Source: Eledone cirrhosa
Taxonomy: Eukaryota
DNA: 64,000 nt
Assembly (NCBI GenBank): GCA_964016885.1
Contig: OZ024757.1
Span: 30,752,001-30,816,000 of the forward strand
Direction: 5' to 3'
Shown: positions 58,160-64,000 of the stretch, in pieces
Layout: each line of letters opens with the position of its first letter
Numbering within the stretch: position 1 is the first letter of the stretch
Translations under genes and position numbers: made by a program
The notes under the pieces: model-generated
Told to the model about the DNA's origin: nothing
The model's database searches: none
What the model saw: the letters and a program-made list of their open reading frames with translations, nothing else

Positions 58160-60660
58160 ATCATCACCACTACTACACCCCGCCTCACTCTACCACCATC
58201 ATCACCACCACTACACCTTGCCTCCACCACTACTACACCCCCACCTCACTCTACCACCATCATCACCACCACTACACCTTGCCTCCACCACTACTACACC
58301 CCGCCTCACTCTACCACCACCATCACCACCACTACACCTTGCCTCCACCACTACTACACCCCCACCTCACTCTACCACCATCATCACCACCACTACACCT
58401 TGCCTCCACCACTACTACACCCCGCCTCACTCTACCACCACCATCACCACCACTACACCTTGCCTCCACCACTACTACACCCCCACCTCACTCTACCACC
58501 ATCATCACCACCACTACACCTTGCCTCCACCACTACTACACCCCCACCTCACTCTACCACCATCATCACCACCACTACACCTTGCCTCCACCACTACTAC
58601 ACCCCACCTCACTCTACCACCATCATCACCACCACTACACCTTGCCTCCACCACTACTACACCCCACCTCACTCTACCACCATCATCACCACCACTACAC
58701 CTTGCCTCCACCACTACTACACCCCACCTCACTCTACCACCATCATCATCACCACTACACCTTGCCTCCACCACTACTACACCCCGCCTCACTCTACCAC
58801 CCTCATCACCACCACTACACCTTGCCTCCACCACTACTACACCCCACCTCACTCTACCACCATCATCACCACCACTACACCTTGCCTCCACCACTACTAC
58901 ACCCCGCCTCACTCTACCACCATCATCACCACTACTACACCTTGCCTCCACCACTACTACACCCCGCCTCACTCTACCACCATCATCACCACCACTACAC
59001 CTTGCCTCCACCACTACTACACCCCGCCTCACTCTACCACCATCATCACCACTACTACACCTTGCCTCCACCACTACTACACCCCGCCTCACTCTACCAC
59101 CATCATCACCACTACTACACCCCACCTCACTCTACCACCATCATCACCACCACTACACCTTGCCTCCACCACTACTACACCCCACCTCACTCTACCACCA
59201 TCATCACCACCACTACACCTTGCCTCCACCACTACTACACCCCCACACTCTACCACCATCATCACCACCACTACACCTTGCCTCCACCACTACTACACCC
59301 CCACCTCACTCTACCACCATCATCACCACCACTACACCTTGCCTCCACCACTACTACACCCCACCTCACTCTACCACCATCATCACCACCACTACACCTT
59401 GCCTCCACCACTACTACACCCCCACCTCACTCTACCACCATCATCACCACCACTACACCTTGCCTCCACCACTACTACACCCCCACCACACTCTACCACC
59501 ATCATCATCACCACTACACCTTGCCTCCACCACTACTACACCCCGCCTCACTCTACCACCACCATCACCACCACTACACCTTGCCTCCACCACTACTACA
59601 CCCCCACCTCACTCTACCACCATCATCACCACCACTACACCTTGCCTCCACCACTACTACACCCCCACCTCACTCTACCACCATCATCACCACCACTACA
59701 CCTTGCCTCCACCACTACTACACCCCACCTCACTCTACCACCATCATCACCACCACTACACCTTGCCTCCACCACTACTACACCCCACCTCACTCTACCA
59801 CCATCATCACCACCACTACACCTTGCCTCCACCACTACTACACCCCACCTCACTCTACCACCATCATCATCACCACTACACCTTGCCTCCACCACTACTA
59901 CACCCCGCCTCACTCTACCACCCTCATCACCACCACTACACCTTGCCTCCACCACTACTACACCCCACCTCACTCTACCACCATCATCACCACCACTACA
60001 CCTTGCCTCCACCACTACTACACCCTGCCTCACTCTACCACCATCATCACCACTACTACACCCCGCCTCACTCTACCACCATCATCACCACCACTACACC
60101 TTGCCTCCACCACTACTACACCCCGCCTCACTCTACCACCATCATCACCACCACTACTACACCCCGCCTCACTCTACCACCATCATCACCACCACTACAC
60201 CTTGCCTCCACCACTACTACACCCCGCCTCACTCTACCACCACCATCACCACCACTACACCTTGCCTCCACCACTACTACACCCCCACCTCACTCTACCA
60301 CCATCATCACCACCACTACACCTTGCCTCCACCACTACTACACCCCGCCTCACTCTACCACCACCATCACCACCACTACACCTTGCCTCCACCACTACTA
60401 CACCCCCACCTCACTCTACCACCATCATCACCACCACTACACCTTGCCTCCACCACTACTACACCCCCACCTCACTCTACCACCATCATCACCACCACTA
60501 CACCTTGCCTCCACCACTACTACACCCCACCTCACTCTACCACCATCATCACCACCACTACTACACCCCCGCGTCACTCTACCACCATCATCACCACCAC
60601 TACACCTTGCCTCCACCACTACTACACCCCCACCTCACTCTACCACCATCATCACCACCA
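58160..60660. repeat. 60/61-bp C/A-rich minisatellite (~40 copies), continuing as a CAC-rich tract to ~61340
   Basis: Unit ctcactctaccaccatcatcaccaccactacaccttgcctccaccactactacacccc(a/g)c. Confidence 0.95.
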
Positions 60661-61781
60661 CCTTTCCTCCACTACTACACTCCTGCCCCACCACAACCAT
60701 CCCACCACCACCACCACACTCTACCACCACTAGTATACCCTCGCCCTACCACCACCACCACTATCACCACTACCACCCCACTCTACCACCATCACTATCA
60801 CCACCACCCCACTCTACCACCATCACCACCACCACTACTATACCCTCACCCTATCACCACCACCCCACTCTACCACCACCACCATCACCACCACCCCACT
60901 CTACCACCATCACCACCACCACTACTATACCCTCACCCTATCACCACCACCCCACTCTACCACCACCACCATCACCACCACCCCACTCTACCACCATCAC
61001 CACCACCACTACTATACCCTCACCCTACCACCACCACTATCACCACCACCCCACTCTACCACCATCACCACCACCACTACTATACCCTCACCCTACCACC
61101 ACCACTATCACCACCACCCCACTCTACCACCATCAACACCATCAACACAAACACCACCATCAACACCATCCACCACCACCACCACTACAAACACCACCAT
61201 CAACACCATAAACACCACCATCAACACCATCACCACAAACACCACCATCACCATCACCACCATCACCATCACCACCATCACCACCATCACCACCACCACC
61301 ACCACAAACACCACCATCAACACCACAAACACCACCATCATCACAGATGTTTGTCAAGGTAGGAACTTGATGTGTCCAGAGATTAGTAAGGAGGAGGAGG
61401 TATGTGCTGCGGGATGAGGGTGTTGGTCAAGGTAAGGTATTGGGGGTGGGGTGGTGGTGGTGGTGGTGGGTGGTGGTGGTGGTGGGGGGGCGTTGGAGTG
61501 GGATGAGATTATGAGAAAAACTAACAAAACTATATGAGAAATATTGGCAGTGATATCCTACCCAGATATACAAACACCCCACCACATACTGGCTACCCTG
61601 CCTGGGGTGGGGAAAGGGTTATAGAGCTGGGGTGGTGGTGGTATTAGCAGAGAAGACACTATAAGGAGGGGGGGGGTGAGAGTGAGAAACTGGAAGAGAG
61701 AGAGAAAGAAAGAGTGAGTGAGGGAGAGACAGGAAGGAAGACATAGAGAGATTGAGAGACTGAGGGGGGGGGGGGAGAGAA

Positions 61782-61817
<36 letters not shown>

Positions 61818-62884
61818 GAAAAGAGATAGTGAGAGTGAGGGATATATATATATATATATATAGAGAGAAAGAGAGAGAGAGCAGGAGATTGGGAGTGTGA
61901 AATGGAGAGTGTGTGTGTGTGAGTGTGTGTATAAAGGAAAGAGTGGGAATGTGAAAGAGAGAGAGTCTTTGAGAGAGTGAAAAAGAGGGAGAGATTATGA
62001 GTGTGAGAGAGAGAGAGCTAGAAATTGAGAGAGCTAGAGAGGGGGAAAATAGATAGCGAGAATGAGGGATATATATAGAGAGAACTAGAGAGTTTGAGGG
62101 AGAGAGAGCTAGAGAGAAAGTTTGAAAGAGAGAGAGAGAGAGAGAGAGAGATAGTAGTAGTAGCAGCGAGGGAAATGTTGTATTTGAAATATTTTCCCAG
62201 GGGAAGTAATTTATCACCACAATATTTTTATTTATTTAAAACACCTTTTTTTTTTGCTTTGGTTTTTATTTTTCCAATACTTCACAATGTTGTTGTTGTT
62301 CTTGTTAAACACACACTCACACACGCACACACACACATATTTACATATACACATACATACATATATATATAGATACGTATTTACATATACACATATATAT
62401 TTACATACATATACACATACATATTGACATATACACATACATATTGACATATACACATACATATTTACATATACACACTTATTTACATATACTCATACAT
62501 ATATTCACATATACACACACAAGCATACAAGCATTCACACGCACACATACTTATATACACACACACATGGAAGATGGACGTTAAACGAAGATGATGATGA
62601 TGATAATGATATTCACATACACATGCACACAAAAATCACTCCCAAACGTTAAGTATAAATTTATGGATGTATGTATGTGTGTATGTATATGTACAAATAT
62701 ATATATATATGTGTATGTCTGGAACTAACTGTTGAAATGGCGCTAGAGCTCTGCCTCAGGTCCCGACTCATTATAATGCCAAAAAAAAATATATATATAT
62801 ATATTTTTTATTTATTATTTAATTATATATATTTGTATATATAATTATAAATATTTCTATGGAAATACTAAACATATATTTTTT

Positions 62885-63255
62885 ATTTTTTATGTCCGCT
62901 TTTTCCCTGTTTGCAAGGGTGGGACGGGAACTGATTTTGGCTTGATTTCTACAGCTGGATGTCCTTCCTAACACCAACCTCATTTACAGTGAGTGCTGGG
63001 TGCTTTTTTGCCGTGGCGCCTACACGACCACTGTGCAATGTGGGCTGGGTGCTTTTTTGCAGTGGCACCTCCACGACCACTTTGCAGTGGAATGATAGGG
63101 ACCCCAGTCCCTATCATCTCATTTCTACAGCTGAGTAAACCGGAGCAATGTGAAATAAAGTGTCTTGCTCAAGGAAACAATGCATGACCCAGTCTGAGAA
63201 TTGAACTCACAACCGTTCGATTGCAAGGCCAATGCCACTAAGCCATGTGCCTCCA
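62885..63255 (-). mobile_element. Family-2 SINE
   Basis: Reverse complement of the 41070-41380 consensus. Confidence 0.8.
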
Positions 63256-63552
63256 TATATATATATAGTCTTCAAATTTATTATTATTACTATATATATA
63301 TATATGCTATTTCCAACTTCATCTTTTCTCTCTCTCTATATATATATATATAAATTTAAATAATTTTAAAAAAGCCATACAATTCATTAGAAAATTAAAG
63401 GTGCCAAGATAACGATAGAATTTTACCTTCGCAAATTTAATTATCCCAAATATTTTTTGGTTTAAAAACCCATTATTAAGGAAGTGTCCCTGTGATGGTC
63501 TTAAAGGACCGGTCGGAGATGAATTGTTGTTAGGATGGCAGATTTAATTTAA

Positions 63553-63597
<45 letters not shown>

Positions 63598-63831
63598 TAT
63601 AAAAGAGAGATAAACACAGATATATAGATATATACATATATGTGTTCAAATTGTAAGGGACATTCTCCTTGAATTTGTTGAGCTAATTTAAATGTTGAGT
63701 AAACTTGGCTGGTATTTTTAGTAGCATACGTTTTATGAGACATGCTAGATTCTGATACCATCTGCGTTATTTTATATACGCATACTATTCAGTCTTCTGA
63801 GATACTTAGAAGTGAAGGGTTTACTAATGTT

Positions 63832-63911
63832 ACACCCACTGATGAGCAATAGAATTGGTAATTCCCTATCACTAAATTGCGAAACAGCATTACCAAAAGC
63901 TGTCTGGGTGT
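63832..63911 (+). ncRNA. Type I hammerhead ribozyme, canonical core, GUC cleavage triplet
   Basis: acaccca-CTGATGA-gcaat...attgc-GAAAC-agc(attaccaaaa)gct-GTC-tgggtgt. All three stems pair and the core is complete. Confidence 0.88.
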
Positions 63912-64000
63912 CAGACAGTTGTCGTAATTTTGGTTTGTATTTCTTTTCTTAATTTCTTTTAAATTGAGTCTGGCAAACCAATTGTTCATAGTTAGTATTT

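Noticed and set aside
57893-61362. Three overlapping ORFs of 946-1071 aa rich in His/Pro/Thr
   Set aside because: All three plus frames are open because the C/A-rich 60-bp repeat lacks stops. Units of 61 bp shift frames freely, and there is no evidence of coding constraint.

Overview
Eukaryotic, AT- and microsatellite-rich animal DNA. The SINE types, (TA)n/(CA)n load and long introns suggest a mollusc, probably an octopus-like cephalopod; this is an inference. One real protein-coding gene is present. Five minus-strand exons (46359-46217, 38930-38818, 33367-33267, 23084-23030, 19799-19567) splice in frame at GT-AG sites into the C-terminal 214 aa of an intact rhomboid intramembrane serine protease (WR, HxxxN, GASGG and catalytic His motifs). 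I did not find its 5' exons. Almost all ORF-track entries are repeat artefacts. The rest of the window is micro/minisatellites, two tRNA-derived SINE families, LINE fragments (RTE-, CR1- and Tx1/L1-like) and a TTAA-flanked piggyBac-like MITE. The most notable signal is about 15 type-I hammerhead ribozyme (HHR) motifs (CUGANGA...GAAA...UH with pairable stems) from about 7 sequence families. They sit in 150-500 bp non-coding elements inserted in or next to (TA)n/(CA)n tracts. Many of these elements are long palindromes whose inversion point lies in or beside the ribozyme, and one has terminal direct repeats. This resembles a diverse set of non-autonomous Penelope-like or retrozyme elements. Several ribozymes are in the sense orientation of the rhomboid gene.
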